Positions 9,685-19,071 of a stretch of 64,000 bases of DNA are shown piece after piece. Below the pieces are notes generated by a model. The model had not been told where the DNA came from. It worked only from the letters and a program-made list of their open reading frames with translations, and did not search any database. A program made the translations under genes and the position numbers. Positions within the stretch are counted from its first letter, which is position 1. Every line of letters starts with the position of its first letter. This stretch comes from Gemmatimonadales bacterium (GTDB lineage Bacteria > Gemmatimonadota > Gemmatimonadetes > Gemmatimonadales > GWC2-71-9): positions 486 to 64,485 of the forward strand of contig DATEGE010000194.1 of the NCBI GenBank assembly GCA_035280265.1, read 5' to 3'.

Positions 9685-10308
9685 TCAGAACGACAACGTG
9701 AGACCACCTTGCCAGGCGATGTCGTGTTGGGTCTTATCGAAGCCGTAGCGGTCGAACTTGTAGATAAAGTCGCGACCCTCGGCGCGAATCCCCACGCGGC
9801 CAAAGCGATACTCCAGTCCCGCACCGACGTTCCCCGCGAACTTTGACCAGGTGCTGTCGGCGCCCAGCTGATGGACGCTGATGGCCCCGGCTCCGCCGAG
9901 GATGTACGGACTGAACGTGCCGTTGCCGGTCTCGATCGGGTAGCGCAGCACGAGATCGGCGTCGTAGGTGAACTTGTTGAACTTGCCGCGGCCGGTGAGA
10001 GCGGCGCCACGGATGCTGTCCTGCGCCCAGCTGCCGCTGGCGCGAACGCCGACGTAGTTCTGCAGCCACACAGTCCCGTCGACCGAGCCCACCCAACCCA
10101 ACCGCCAATCAGCGGTGCCGGCGGTGTTCAGGTTGGCCGCGCCAGACAGACCGCCGAACGCGCCGCCGAACGTGACACGCGCGGGGTACGAGGCCATCCG
10201 CGCCCGAGCCGGCTCCGGCGACGGGGTGCCGATCTGAGCGCGCAACGCGCCGGGCGCGAGACCCAGCACCAGCGCGGCGGTGACGAGAGACAACGAACGG
10301 TTCGACAT
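9685..10308 (-). CDS. outer-membrane beta-barrel protein (OMP_b-brl/porin-like)
   Basis: Signal peptide MSNRSLSLVTAALVLGLAPGALRAQ, alternating beta-strand pattern, and a C-terminal ...GGLTLSF ending in Phe. ATG 10308 is preceded by GGAGGATC; the track's longer start was rejected. Confidence 0.7.
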   Translation of the reverse strand: MSNRSLSLVTAALVLGLAPGALRAQIGTPSPEPARARMASYPARVTFGGAFGGLSGAANLNTAGTADWRLGWVGSVDGTVWLQNYVGVRASGSWAQDSIRGAALTGRGKFNKFTYDADLVLRYPIETGNGTFSPYILGGAGAISVHQLGADSTWSKFAGNVGAGLEYRFGRVGIRAEGRDFIYKFDRYGFDKTQHDIAWQGGLTLSF

Positions 10309-10337
10309 GCGATCCTCCACAAGAGACAAAAGGTTCA

Positions 10338-10352
10338 GGGGCCGGAGGCCCC
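10338..10352 (-). terminator. short GC hairpin with T-run downstream of the Cu-monooxygenase-like gene
   Basis: GGGGCC gga GGCCCC. On the minus strand it is followed by tgaaCCTTTTgt. Confidence 0.4.
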
Positions 10353-10393
10353 GGTGAGTACGCGCCAGGCGACGAGCGCCCGTCCTTCGGCGG

Positions 10394-11551
10394 TCACTCG
10401 CCATGCGCGGCGTGCGCCAACATCTCGGTCATGCCGTCGGCCCCGCACCGTAGACTCAGTAGGTAGCGGAGGTCCGCTTGGTACAACGCATCGTTCGGCA
10501 CCACCGCCGGTAGCGGGTCGGTGGGCGCGAAGATCCCGCCCACCTTGGCCATCCCGCCCTCCCGAATCGTGTGGCCGGTGGGATTCATGTAGCTCGCGGT
10601 TATGCGATAGCGGTGCGTCGGATAGACCGTCCAACCGAGCCCGAGCCGCGGGAACGACACCGGCATGCTGACGACGTCGCCGCGCTCGTTCGTGCGGGGT
10701 CGGGCGTGCCACACCACCCGCCCGGCGGTCAGGTCCCGGAGCTCGATCCACTCCCCGTACTTGTGCACATGGCCGGAGAGGCCGAGGATGCGAGCGGGGA
10801 CGGTGGGAGACCCGTCCCACGAGCGTATCGTGCGGCCCGGCGGGAGATCGAACTCCATCGGCCCGGTCGGAAACATCACGTCGAGCCGAAAGCCGGCGAC
10901 TTCGAACAAGGGCCGGGACGCCGCATACTGCAGCACGAGGCGCACGTGCACGCCGGCGTAGCTCGTATCCGTTGGGTTGTGCAGCATCGTGCTCACGAGC
11001 AGCGGCTCACCGCGATGCAGTCGCACGCCCGCGAGCCACGCCGGGAGCATCTCGGACCGTGTCTCCGCGCCGAGCGCGACGAAGCGCTGCGCCACGGGAA
11101 GAAACAGGTCGCGCGCCGCCGGGCGCGTGGTATCGATGTGGTGCAGGACACGACGTGGCACCGCGCGACCGCTCGCATCGCGGAGCTCGAGCCGGAATCC
11201 GTGGACCCAAGCATCTCGCGGCACGTACGCCAACTGGTAGACCAGCTCGCGGGCGTGCGCCGCCATATCGTGCGCGGGCAGGTCGACTGGACCGACGTCG
11301 ATCACGAGCTGGCGCCGCCGCTTGTCATCCACGAGACGGAGGTAGGGGGTGTCCCCCGAGCGTTGCCCGATCGCGCCGACGGCGACCGGCACGATCACCG
11401 GGTCGGACGAGAGCAGCGTGCACAACCCCGTCGCGGGCTCGGGATCCGCCATGTGCATGTGCTGCGACTGTGCAGACAACCCGCTGCCGACTGTCCAGCT
11501 CAGCGCGGCCGCGGCACCAGCCGTCCGCAGTCGTCGGGCCACTCGTCTCAC
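10394..11551 (-). CDS. secreted protein with copper type II (PHM/DBH-like) monooxygenase-type His/Met pattern
   Basis: The ordered motifs VLHHID, MLHNP, DLPPG, GHVHKYG and SYMNPTG parallel the HH / H / PPG / HxH / M copper ligand order of peptidylglycine monooxygenase. A His/Met-rich HMHMADP follows the signal peptide. The GTG 11551 start gives MRRVARRLRTAGAAAALS... and is preceded by GGAGGAGG. Confidence 0.4.
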   Translation of the reverse strand: MRRVARRLRTAGAAAALSWTVGSGLSAQSQHMHMADPEPATGLCTLLSSDPVIVPVAVGAIGQRSGDTPYLRLVDDKRRRQLVIDVGPVDLPAHDMAAHARELVYQLAYVPRDAWVHGFRLELRDASGRAVPRRVLHHIDTTRPAARDLFLPVAQRFVALGAETRSEMLPAWLAGVRLHRGEPLLVSTMLHNPTDTSYAGVHVRLVLQYAASRPLFEVAGFRLDVMFPTGPMEFDLPPGRTIRSWDGSPTVPARILGLSGHVHKYGEWIELRDLTAGRVVWHARPRTNERGDVVSMPVSFPRLGLGWTVYPTHRYRITASYMNPTGHTIREGGMAKVGGIFAPTDPLPAVVPNDALYQADLRYLLSLRCGADGMTEMLAHAAHGE

Positions 11552-11610
11552 CTTGCCTCCTCCCGCGTGCGTCGCGATTACTCCGGTTGAGTCGACCATC
11601 AGTGAATGGT

Positions 11611-11632
11611 TTAGCAATGAACTATCGTGCCG
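11611..11632 (-). promoter_or_regulatory. MarR-operator-like site upstream of the Cu-monooxygenase-like gene
   Basis: TTAGCAATGAACTATCGTGCCG shares about 18 of 22 nt with the site at 12516..12537 and forms an imperfect palindrome around GCAA/TGAACT. Confidence 0.4.
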
Positions 11633-11647
11633 AAAAAGTTCCTGCCT

Positions 11648-12478
11648 CTAGAGCGTGAATCCGACGCCCACGCCGACATACGACACGTCATCCCGATAGA
11701 ACTGGCCGTAGGGCGCGGGGCCCGTATAGGCCTTGAGCAGCAGGCTCCATCGCCAGTCGGACTCTGGAGGGTTGTCGCCGTCGCCGAACTCGAGACCGGT
11801 GACCGCGCTCCACCCTACCTGCCAGCGGCGGTCTTGCACCGACTGCGCGTCGAGGCCAGCCACGAACCGCCCGGAGGCGATGCGGCCGACTCGCAGCAGT
11901 GTGCCGGATTGCCGGTACTCCGCCCCAGCGTGCAGCACCACCGGCTGGAGATCGTGCGGTTGGTGCGTGAACACGTAGTTACCTCCGCCGTACACGCGCC
12001 ATTGAGGCGTCGACCTCGCGACGAGCAGCTCCGCCGCCTCGAAGGACAGGGTGACGCGCTGCGCGTGGGTGTGGACCATGTACTCGTCGCCCAGGTGCGA
12101 GCTCTGGTGGAACACGCGCAGTCGCGTGGTCCAAGCGCCGCGGCGGTACGTCAATGGCAGCCCGATGAGGTAATCGGTGTTCACCAGGTCGGTCGTAGTC
12201 GATTGCATGTCGAACTCGGAAAACACAGCGGCGGCGACTCCGAGCTGCCAGTCCCGTCCGTGGAGCAAGCCGAACGTCTGGCCGAATCCGACGCTGCCGA
12301 GCCTCGGCGCGAGCCGGGGCGAGCGGGCCCAGAGGTACGTGGCGAAGAATCGCGGCTCCTTCGGGTCGGCAAGCAACGGTTGGAACAACGCGCTGGGCGC
12401 GCGTATCTCTTGGGCCGGCGCGCGCTGAGCGCACAATGCCGCCACGAGCAATCCCGCGAGCCTGACTCTGCTATTCAT
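11648..12478 (-). CDS. DUF1207-like outer-membrane protein
   Basis: Signal peptide (LLVAALCAQRAPAQE), a LFQPLLADPKEPRFF motif recalled from DUF1207, and a beta-rich sequence ending VGVGFTL. Confidence 0.5.
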   Translation of the reverse strand: MNSRVRLAGLLVAALCAQRAPAQEIRAPSALFQPLLADPKEPRFFATYLWARSPRLAPRLGSVGFGQTFGLLHGRDWQLGVAAAVFSEFDMQSTTTDLVNTDYLIGLPLTYRRGAWTTRLRVFHQSSHLGDEYMVHTHAQRVTLSFEAAELLVARSTPQWRVYGGGNYVFTHQPHDLQPVVLHAGAEYRQSGTLLRVGRIASGRFVAGLDAQSVQDRRWQVGWSAVTGLEFGDGDNPPESDWRWSLLLKAYTGPAPYGQFYRDDVSYVGVGVGFTL

Positions 12479-12513
12479 TTGCGCACCTTGGTACCAAGCG
12501 CTCAGCTGGTGAC

Positions 12514-12537
12514 AGTTCAGTAATGAACTATTTGCCG
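12514..12537. promoter_or_regulatory. palindromic MarR-operator-like site in the divergent DUF1207/MarR intergenic region
   Basis: AGTTCAGTAATGAACT is a perfect 6-4-6 inverted repeat. It is followed by ATTTGCCG, as in the 11611 copy. Confidence 0.45.
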
Positions 12538-12636
12538 TCCTGGTTCCCGAATCGGCGCGCGGTGGGCTGGCTGGAACTTTCTCACCAGGCCCCGTCGTTA
12601 CGCGGTCATCCCCACATTTGACTGCGGACTGCGCCC

Positions 12637-13086
12637 ATGACCGCCATCGAAACCGACGAGGCTCCGGAAGGGATTTCGCCGGACCTGTACATGCTGCTCC
12701 GGCTGCTGGGAACCGCCCAATCCGTGACGGAGCTACTCGACGCCGCGCTGCGCGACATCGGACTGTCGGCCGCGAGGTTCCGCCTCCTCACCGAGCTTGT
12801 GAACGCCCCCGAGCCGCCGGAGCCGCACGAGCTTCGAGCGGCTGCCATTGGCCCCGGGGACGACGTCGAGCCGCTCCTCAAAACGCTCGAGCGCGATGGA
12901 TTAGTGCGACGGACGGCCGCCGCCACCCGCGACGGTCGGCGCGTTCGCATGGTGATCACGGCGCGCGGTAGGGCCCGCCAGCACTCCGCCGCCGGTCGGA
13001 TCGACACCGTGGGCGTCCAGCTCTCGGAGGCCCTGGCTGGAGTGGACGCCGCGGCAGTGGGACGAGCGCTGTCGGCGCTCCGCTAG
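12637..13086 (+). CDS. MarR-family transcriptional regulator
   Basis: MarR winged-HTH pattern (LSAARFRLLTEL...LLKTLERDGLVRRTAAATRDGRRVRMVITARG). Divergent from the DUF1207-like gene. Confidence 0.8.
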   Translation: MTAIETDEAPEGISPDLYMLLRLLGTAQSVTELLDAALRDIGLSAARFRLLTELVNAPEPPEPHELRAAAIGPGDDVEPLLKTLERDGLVRRTAAATRDGRRVRMVITARGRARQHSAAGRIDTVGVQLSEALAGVDAAAVGRALSALR

Positions 13087-13332
13087 GGCGTCACTTCGTC
13101 GGTCAACTCCGTCCTGCACCACGTCACGAACACGCGCGCCCAGCGATCCACCACCCGCGCGCCCCCGATTGCGTTAGAGCGTTGCCGCGCAACGCGATGG
13201 GCAAGGTCACAAGCCCGAGATGGTGAAGCTGTTTCAGGATCGTTACGCGCTACCGGGAACCTGCAACGCATCGTTTGGTGTCTTAGTCCGATTCGCGTCG
13301 CCACTCCTGAATGGTGCAATTAGGAACGTCTG

Positions 13333-14133
13333 ATGAAGCGATTTCTACTGGCTAGCGATTTCGACCAGACCCTGAGCTTCAACGACTCGGGGATCGTGCT
13401 GAGCGAGCTGCTCGGCATCTCCGGCTTTCACGAAAAGATCGCCGGGCTGTCGCGCATCCACCTGGTGCAGCAAGGCGCAGAGCTGGCTTATCTGCTGCTG
13501 CACGACCCGGAGTATCGCCGGGTGCGGCGGGAGGACTTGCTCGAAGTCGGCAAGCGCATCCGTCTCAAGACGAACCTGCACATGCTGGCCCGCTTGCTGG
13601 GCGAGGTGGACGGGTACGACTTCGCGTTCCATGTGATTTCGGCAGCGCCGCAAGAGGTGATTCAGTCGGCGCTCGAGGGGATCGTCCCGCCGGAGCACGT
13701 GTACGGGACGCGGTTCCGCTACAGCCCCGAGTCGGGGGAAATCCAGTCGATCGAGCGGGTGACGGCCGGCTACGGCAAGGTGGCGCTCCTCGAGGAGCTG
13801 CGGGCGCAGCTCCCCGTGAGCCACGATCGCGTGATCTACGTGGGCGACGGCAGCTCCGACATTCACGTCATGCTTCACGTCAATCGCCTCAACGGACTGA
13901 CGATCGCCGTGTCCGAGAACAAGTACCTCGCGCCGATCGCGAAGCGCAGCGTGCTGAGCGACGACGCGGTGAGCGTCCTCGTGCCGATCCTGGAAGACAT
14001 CGTGGGCCTGGATGCGACGGGGATTCACGCGCTGTTCGAGTCCCACGGACTGTTGCTCCAGGAATGGGAGAAGGTCCAGACCGATCTCGTGACGATCCGC
14101 GAGTCGGACGCGGCATCGCCGCTCGTCGCCTGA
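13333..14133 (+). CDS. HAD-superfamily hydrolase (phosphoserine-phosphatase-like)
   Basis: HAD motif I DFDQT near the N-terminus and motif IV VGDGSSD near the C-terminus. Confidence 0.7.
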   Translation: MKRFLLASDFDQTLSFNDSGIVLSELLGISGFHEKIAGLSRIHLVQQGAELAYLLLHDPEYRRVRREDLLEVGKRIRLKTNLHMLARLLGEVDGYDFAFHVISAAPQEVIQSALEGIVPPEHVYGTRFRYSPESGEIQSIERVTAGYGKVALLEELRAQLPVSHDRVIYVGDGSSDIHVMLHVNRLNGLTIAVSENKYLAPIAKRSVLSDDAVSVLVPILEDIVGLDATGIHALFESHGLLLQEWEKVQTDLVTIRESDAASPLVA

Positions 14134-14305
14134 GCACCCGGCGCGCTCGCCGCGCTCGCATGTCCGGAAGTTGTCACGATTGGTCGCATTCCTCTTGTGG
14201 GGTCGGTGGCGCGCCAGCATGTTGCCGCTTCCTCTAGGGAGAACGCTCCCGACCTCCGGTCGCCTGCCGCCAGCGTTCACCTGCACTCTCCACACGGAGG
14301 CGACG

Positions 14306-15826
14306 ATGCAGTCTGTCAGCCACGCGTTCGTGCGTGTGGCGGTCGCGCTGGCGTTGTGCGGGACCTCCTCGCGCGTCGCGGCGCAGGACGGGCGCGGCGC
14401 GCTCGACCCCGTCACCAGCGCAGTGATCGGACATCCGATCACGACGGCGTCCGCGACCGCGCGAACCCATTTTCTTGCGGGCCAGCGTGAGTTCGATCTG
14501 GCTCGGCTCATCGATGCGAACGAGCACTTCAAAGCGGCCGTCGCGGCCGATTCGACGTTCGCGTTCGCGTATCTGAACGTCGCCTTCACGGCGAACTCGC
14601 TCGACGAATTCAAGCGCAACCTCGCGCTGGCGGAGCGCTACGCCCCAGGCGCCTCCGAGGCCGAGCGGCTCCAGATCCAGATGGCGCGCAGGGGGTTCGA
14701 CAACGATCTGAGCGGGCAGGTCGCGCTCGGCAAGGAGCTGGTCGAGAAGTACGCCGACAGCCCGCGGGCCTGGCTCGCGCTCGCGGGCGCGCAGATCGGC
14801 CTCAATCGGAACGAAGAGGCTCGGGCCTCGCTCGCGAAGGCGTTGGAGCTCGCGCCCCGGCTGTATGTCGCGCACGCGACCCTCGGCCTTTCGTATGTGT
14901 TCGGGGAGCCGCGCGATTTCACCAAAGCGCTGCAGCACATGCAGGCGGCAGCGACGCTGGCGCCCGACGAGCCCGCGACCCACACCAACCTGGGGGACGT
15001 CTACCGGGCGCAACGCAACCTCGAAAAGGCGCGCCAGGAGTATACGCGGGGACTGGAGCTGAGCCCGCACAGCACCATCCTGCACGTCAAGCGCGGCCAC
15101 GCCAACACCTTCCTGGGCGACTACGCCGCGGCACGCGCCGACTACGAGGCGGCGATGGCGGACGGCCGGGCGAACGAGAAGGCGGCGTACGCTCCGTTCC
15201 GGGCGTTCGTCAGCGTCTACGCCGGCGAGCCGGCGGCCGCGATTGACGAGCTGAATCGGCTGGTCGCGTCCGTAGACGGGATGGGGGTTCCGGACCCCAC
15301 GGCGGCGAAGGTCGCGGCGCTCACCAGCGTGGCGACCATCGCGACGCACACCCGGAATCGCGCCGCCGCGGAGCGTGCCCTCAAGGAGCTGGCGCCGCTC
15401 CTCATGCGCCAGGGTGACGAGTCGGGAAACGCGGCGTTCCGGCGCGGGCAGGAAGCCAACATTGCGTACTTCGAGGGCTGGTGGGCCGCGCGCCGGGGTG
15501 CCTACGCAGCGGCGCAGCAACAGGCGGACCAGATCAACCAGCTGCTGGCACCCGACGCCAATCCGCGGAAGCTCGAGCCGATGCACCAGCTCGAGGGGTT
15601 CATCGCCCTGTATCAGGGAAGGTACCGCGAGGCGGTGGGGCACTTCCAATACGGCAACCTGCTCGACCCGTACGTGAAGTACCAGCTCGGCTTGGCCACC
15701 GAAGGCGCGGGGGACGTCGCCAAGGCCAAGCAGCTGTTCCGTGAGGTCGCCGAGTACAACTTCAACACGCTGGGCTTCGCGCTCGTGCGAAACGACGCGC
15801 AACAAAAGGTCGCGGGAACGCCGTAA
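14306..15826 (+). CDS. secreted tetratricopeptide-repeat protein
   Basis: Signal peptide MQSVSHAFVRVAVALALCGTSSRVAAQ followed by many TPR-like repeats (A..Y..A......A). ATG 14306 is preceded by GGAGG; the track start at 14171 was rejected. Confidence 0.75.
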   Translation: MQSVSHAFVRVAVALALCGTSSRVAAQDGRGALDPVTSAVIGHPITTASATARTHFLAGQREFDLARLIDANEHFKAAVAADSTFAFAYLNVAFTANSLDEFKRNLALAERYAPGASEAERLQIQMARRGFDNDLSGQVALGKELVEKYADSPRAWLALAGAQIGLNRNEEARASLAKALELAPRLYVAHATLGLSYVFGEPRDFTKALQHMQAAATLAPDEPATHTNLGDVYRAQRNLEKARQEYTRGLELSPHSTILHVKRGHANTFLGDYAAARADYEAAMADGRANEKAAYAPFRAFVSVYAGEPAAAIDELNRLVASVDGMGVPDPTAAKVAALTSVATIATHTRNRAAAERALKELAPLLMRQGDESGNAAFRRGQEANIAYFEGWWAARRGAYAAAQQQADQINQLLAPDANPRKLEPMHQLEGFIALYQGRYREAVGHFQYGNLLDPYVKYQLGLATEGAGDVAKAKQLFREVAEYNFNTLGFALVRNDAQQKVAGTP

Positions 15827-15850
15827 CCTGCCGCGCCGGCAGCGCCCGTC

Positions 15851-15906
15851 GAAGCAAGCCGGGGTCAAACGTCGTACGGTTGGACCATGGACCCCGGCCT
15901 TGCTTC
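15851..15906 (+). terminator. long hairpin downstream of the TPR gene
   Basis: GAAGCAAGCCGGGGTC ... GACCCCGGCCTTGCTTC forms a 16-bp stem with one bulge and a ~23-nt loop, 25 nt after the TAA at 15826. Confidence 0.45.
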
Positions 15907-15969
15907 GGGCTATCGTCACAGCCGGGACCTCCTCCCGGAACCAACCTTTTCGGCTAATTTTCGGGCTCT

Positions 15970-18900
15970 ATGAAACTCTCCGAAACGTCGATACGCCGGC
16001 CCGTGCTCGCGAGCATGCTCTCGGGCGCCCTGGTGCTGTTCGGTTTCATCGGGTACACGCGGTTGTCGGTGCGCGAGCTGCCCGACATCGATCCTCCGAT
16101 CATCTCGGTCTCCACTACCCTGCCGGGCGCCAACGCGCAGGTCGTGGAAACCGCGGTGACCGACGTGCTCGAAGAGGAGCTGTCCACGATCCAGGGACTA
16201 CGCACCCTCTCCAGCTCCTCTGCGGAAGAGAACAGTCAGATCACGCTGGAGTTCAACCTCGACCGGGCCGTGGACGTCGCCGCGCAGGACGTGCGTGACA
16301 AGGTCTCGCGGGTGCGCGGCCGCCTCCCCATCGACGTGCTCGAGCCCGTGATCGCGAAGCAGTCGGCCGACGCGCAGCCGTTCTTCTGGCTGGCGCTGAG
16401 CAGCGACAACTACGACCTGATGCAGCTCTCCGACGTGGGCGACCGGATCGTGAAGGCGCGGCTCCAGAGTCTGCCCGGCGTCGGCAGCGCCGGCATTTTC
16501 GGTGAGCGGCGCTACTCGATGCGCGTGTGGGTGCAGCCCGATGCGCTCTCGGCGCGCGGGCTCACCGTGCAGGACGTGGAGAACGCGATCGTATCGCGCA
16601 ACGTCGAGATCCCGGCCGGTCGGATTGAATCGACTCGGCGCGAGTTTTCCGTGCGCTCGCTGGGCGAGCTCAAGACGCCGCAGGAGTTCGGCGAGCTGGC
16701 GGTAGCCAGCCAGGGAGCGCAGCTCGTCAAACTGAAGGACGTGGCACGGGTGGAGTTGGGGCCGGAAGACGATCGATCGATTTTCCGCTACAACGGGTCC
16801 CCGGCGGTCGCGATCGGCGTGGTGCGACAGTCGAAGGCGAACCTCATCGATGTCGCGCGCAGCATTCGTGAAGCACTCCCCAGCATCCAGCAGGCGCTGC
16901 CACCTGGCGTGAAGCTGCAGACGGCATGGGACGGGTCTGTGTTCGTCACGCACTCGATCAACGATGCGCGCCTGACGCTCCTGATCGCCGCGATTCTGGT
17001 CGTCCTGATCATTTTCGTATTCCTGCGGAACGTCCGGGCGACCGTGATCCCCGGGCTCGCGATCCCGGCATCGATCGTGGCGACGTTCGCGATCATGTAC
17101 TTCCTCGGTTTCTCGATCAACAACTTCACGTTGCTCGCGCTCACGATTGCAATCGGTATCGTGGTGGACGATGCGATCATCGTGCTCGAGAACGCCTTCC
17201 GCCACCAAGAGGAGCTACACGAGGCGCCCGAGGAAGCGGCGGTGCACGGCACCAACGAGATCGGCTTCGCCGTCATCGCCACGACGATCGCGCTCGTCGC
17301 GGTGTTCACGCCCTTGGGATTCCTGCGGGGGACCGCAGGCCGGTTGTTGAGCGAGTTCGGGATCGCGGTGGCCGGCGCCGTGGTGATCTCGGGATTTGTG
17401 GCGCTCACACTTACGCCGATGCTCTGCGCCAAGATCCTCCGCATGTCGCACTCCCATGGCGAGCTATTCCAGATGTTCGAGCGCGGGTTCAACGCCCTCT
17501 CGGAGCGCTATGCCAGACTGCTCCGACGCGCGGTCAGCCATCGCACAGCGGTGCTCGTCGGGACGGTGGCGGTCGTGGCGTCGTCGGTATTCGTCTTTCT
17601 GATCTTCCGGCCGACCCGCCTGCAACATGAGCTCATTCCGGAAGACGACCGCGGCTTCTTCCTCGTCGTGGTGCGGGGTCCCGAAGGTGCGTCGCTGCAA
17701 TACACCGACGGGTACACACGGCGGGTCGAGGAGATCATCGGCCGGACACCCGGGGTGAACGGGTACTTCACCATCGTCGGCGGATTTGCCGGCGGCGTGA
17801 ACAGCGCGTTTGTCGGCGTGATCCTGAAGGATTGGAGCGAGCGCAACGTCAGCGTACAGCAAATGGTCGGCGGCCTGTTCCCGCAGCTCATGGGGATCTC
17901 CGGGGTCTTGGCGTTTCCGTACGCCCCCGGCGCGATCGGCTTCTCGCAGCCGATCCAGTACGTCGTGCAAAATCCGGACTTCGCGAAGCTCACCGAGACC
18001 ATGGGACCGTTCGTGGGTCGCGCACAGCAAGTCAAAGGCCTCGTGAACGTCCAGACTGATCTGTACGTGAACAAGCCGGAGCTGCGCGTCACGTTTGACC
18101 GCGACCGCGCCGAGGATTTGGGCGTTCCCGTGCGCGACGTGGCGGCCGCTCTGCAGACGTTCCTCGGTGGACGCCGCGTCAGCACGTTCACGCGCAACGA
18201 CAAGCTCTACTATGTCATGGTCCAGCTCGATCCGAGGGATCGCGCGACCCCGAGCGACATGCGCGGGATCTATCTGCGGGGGAAGGGCGGGGAGCTCGTG
18301 CAGCTCGACGCCCTGGCGAACGTGCAGGAAGGCGTCGGCCCGCGGCAGATCAACCACTTCAACCGCGTGCCGGCATTCACCTTGTCGGCGTCGCTCCTGC
18401 CGGGATTGGCGCAGGGCGAGGCACTCGATTCGCTCGATGCCATCTCCCGCCAGGCGCTGCCGGCCGGCAGCACGACGGCGCTCGCCGGTGAATCCCGCGA
18501 GTTCCGCGAGAGCGGCGGCGCGTTGTACTTCGCGTTCGGTGTAGCGCTGCTCGTCGTGTTCATGGTGCTGGCATCGCAGTTCGAGTCCCTGGTGCACCCG
18601 TGGACGGTTCTCCTGGCGGTACCACTCGCCATCACCGGCGCGCTGGCGACGCTCAAGCTCGCGGCGATACTCAATAAGCCGGGCGCCACGATGAACCTGT
18701 ACAGCGAGATCGGGATGATCCTGCTGATCGGGCTCGTGAGCAAGAACTCGATCCTGCTCGTGGAGTACACGAACCAGCTGAAGGCGAGGGGTCTCGATAC
18801 CGTCTCGGCGGTCCTCGAAGCGGGCCGGATCCGGCTGCGGCCGATTCTCATGACGTCGGTCGCGACCATCATGGGCGCGGTCCCCATCGCGTGGGGTGTC

Positions 18901-19071
18901 GGTGCGGGCTCCGCATCGCGCAAGCCGCTCGGCTACGCGATCGTAGGCGGCATCTTTTTCTCAACGGTCCTCACGTTGTTTGTGGTGCCCGTGGCCTATA
19001 CCGTGCTCGACCGGCTGACGGCGCGGGAGACGCGGCAGATACGAGCCACCCGACCGGTGGAGGCCGATTGA
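15970..19071 (+). CDS. RND efflux transporter permease (AcrB/HAE1-like)
   Basis: 1033 aa with 12-TM RND architecture. Typical segments include IAIGIVVDDAIIVLENA and LLIGLVSKNSILLVEY. Confidence 0.9.
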   Translation: MKLSETSIRRPVLASMLSGALVLFGFIGYTRLSVRELPDIDPPIISVSTTLPGANAQVVETAVTDVLEEELSTIQGLRTLSSSSAEENSQITLEFNLDRAVDVAAQDVRDKVSRVRGRLPIDVLEPVIAKQSADAQPFFWLALSSDNYDLMQLSDVGDRIVKARLQSLPGVGSAGIFGERRYSMRVWVQPDALSARGLTVQDVENAIVSRNVEIPAGRIESTRREFSVRSLGELKTPQEFGELAVASQGAQLVKLKDVARVELGPEDDRSIFRYNGSPAVAIGVVRQSKANLIDVARSIREALPSIQQALPPGVKLQTAWDGSVFVTHSINDARLTLLIAAILVVLIIFVFLRNVRATVIPGLAIPASIVATFAIMYFLGFSINNFTLLALTIAIGIVVDDAIIVLENAFRHQEELHEAPEEAAVHGTNEIGFAVIATTIALVAVFTPLGFLRGTAGRLLSEFGIAVAGAVVISGFVALTLTPMLCAKILRMSHSHGELFQMFERGFNALSERYARLLRRAVSHRTAVLVGTVAVVASSVFVFLIFRPTRLQHELIPEDDRGFFLVVVRGPEGASLQYTDGYTRRVEEIIGRTPGVNGYFTIVGGFAGGVNSAFVGVILKDWSERNVSVQQMVGGLFPQLMGISGVLAFPYAPGAIGFSQPIQYVVQNPDFAKLTETMGPFVGRAQQVKGLVNVQTDLYVNKPELRVTFDRDRAEDLGVPVRDVAAALQTFLGGRRVSTFTRNDKLYYVMVQLDPRDRATPSDMRGIYLRGKGGELVQLDALANVQEGVGPRQINHFNRVPAFTLSASLLPGLAQGEALDSLDAISRQALPAGSTTALAGESREFRESGGALYFAFGVALLVVFMVLASQFESLVHPWTVLLAVPLAITGALATLKLAAILNKPGATMNLYSEIGMILLIGLVSKNSILLVEYTNQLKARGLDTVSAVLEAGRIRLRPILMTSVATIMGAVPIAWGVGAGSASRKPLGYAIVGGIFFSTVLTLFVVPVAYTVLDRLTARETRQIRATRPVEAD

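Noticed and set aside
13256-13286. GGAACC ... GTCTTA as an ECF-type promoter upstream of the HAD gene.
   Set aside because: The spacer is 19-20 nt, which is too long for known ECF -35/-10 geometry.
14219-14240. TTGCCGCTTCCTCTAGGG upstream of the TPR gene, resembling the regulon motif.
   Set aside because: It lacks the AAA spacer, is 4 nt shorter, and has no tandem partner at 21 nt.
13345-14619. 424-aa minus-strand ORF covering the HAD gene. The same applies to similar long antisense or off-frame ORFs: 14234-15919, 4410-5390, 7485-8594, 16198-17208, 17464-18597, 20228-21460, 27964-29199, 31045-32154, 31696-32967, 32900-33913, 33888-35558, 35153-36964, 35526-36962, 37687-39501, 38810-40012, 43585-45354, 59246-60622, 60632-62794.
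   Set aside because: These are shadow ORFs typical of high-GC DNA. Their translations are Arg/Pro/Ala/Gly-rich with no recognisable motifs, and each is fully overlapped by a gene with clear family signatures.
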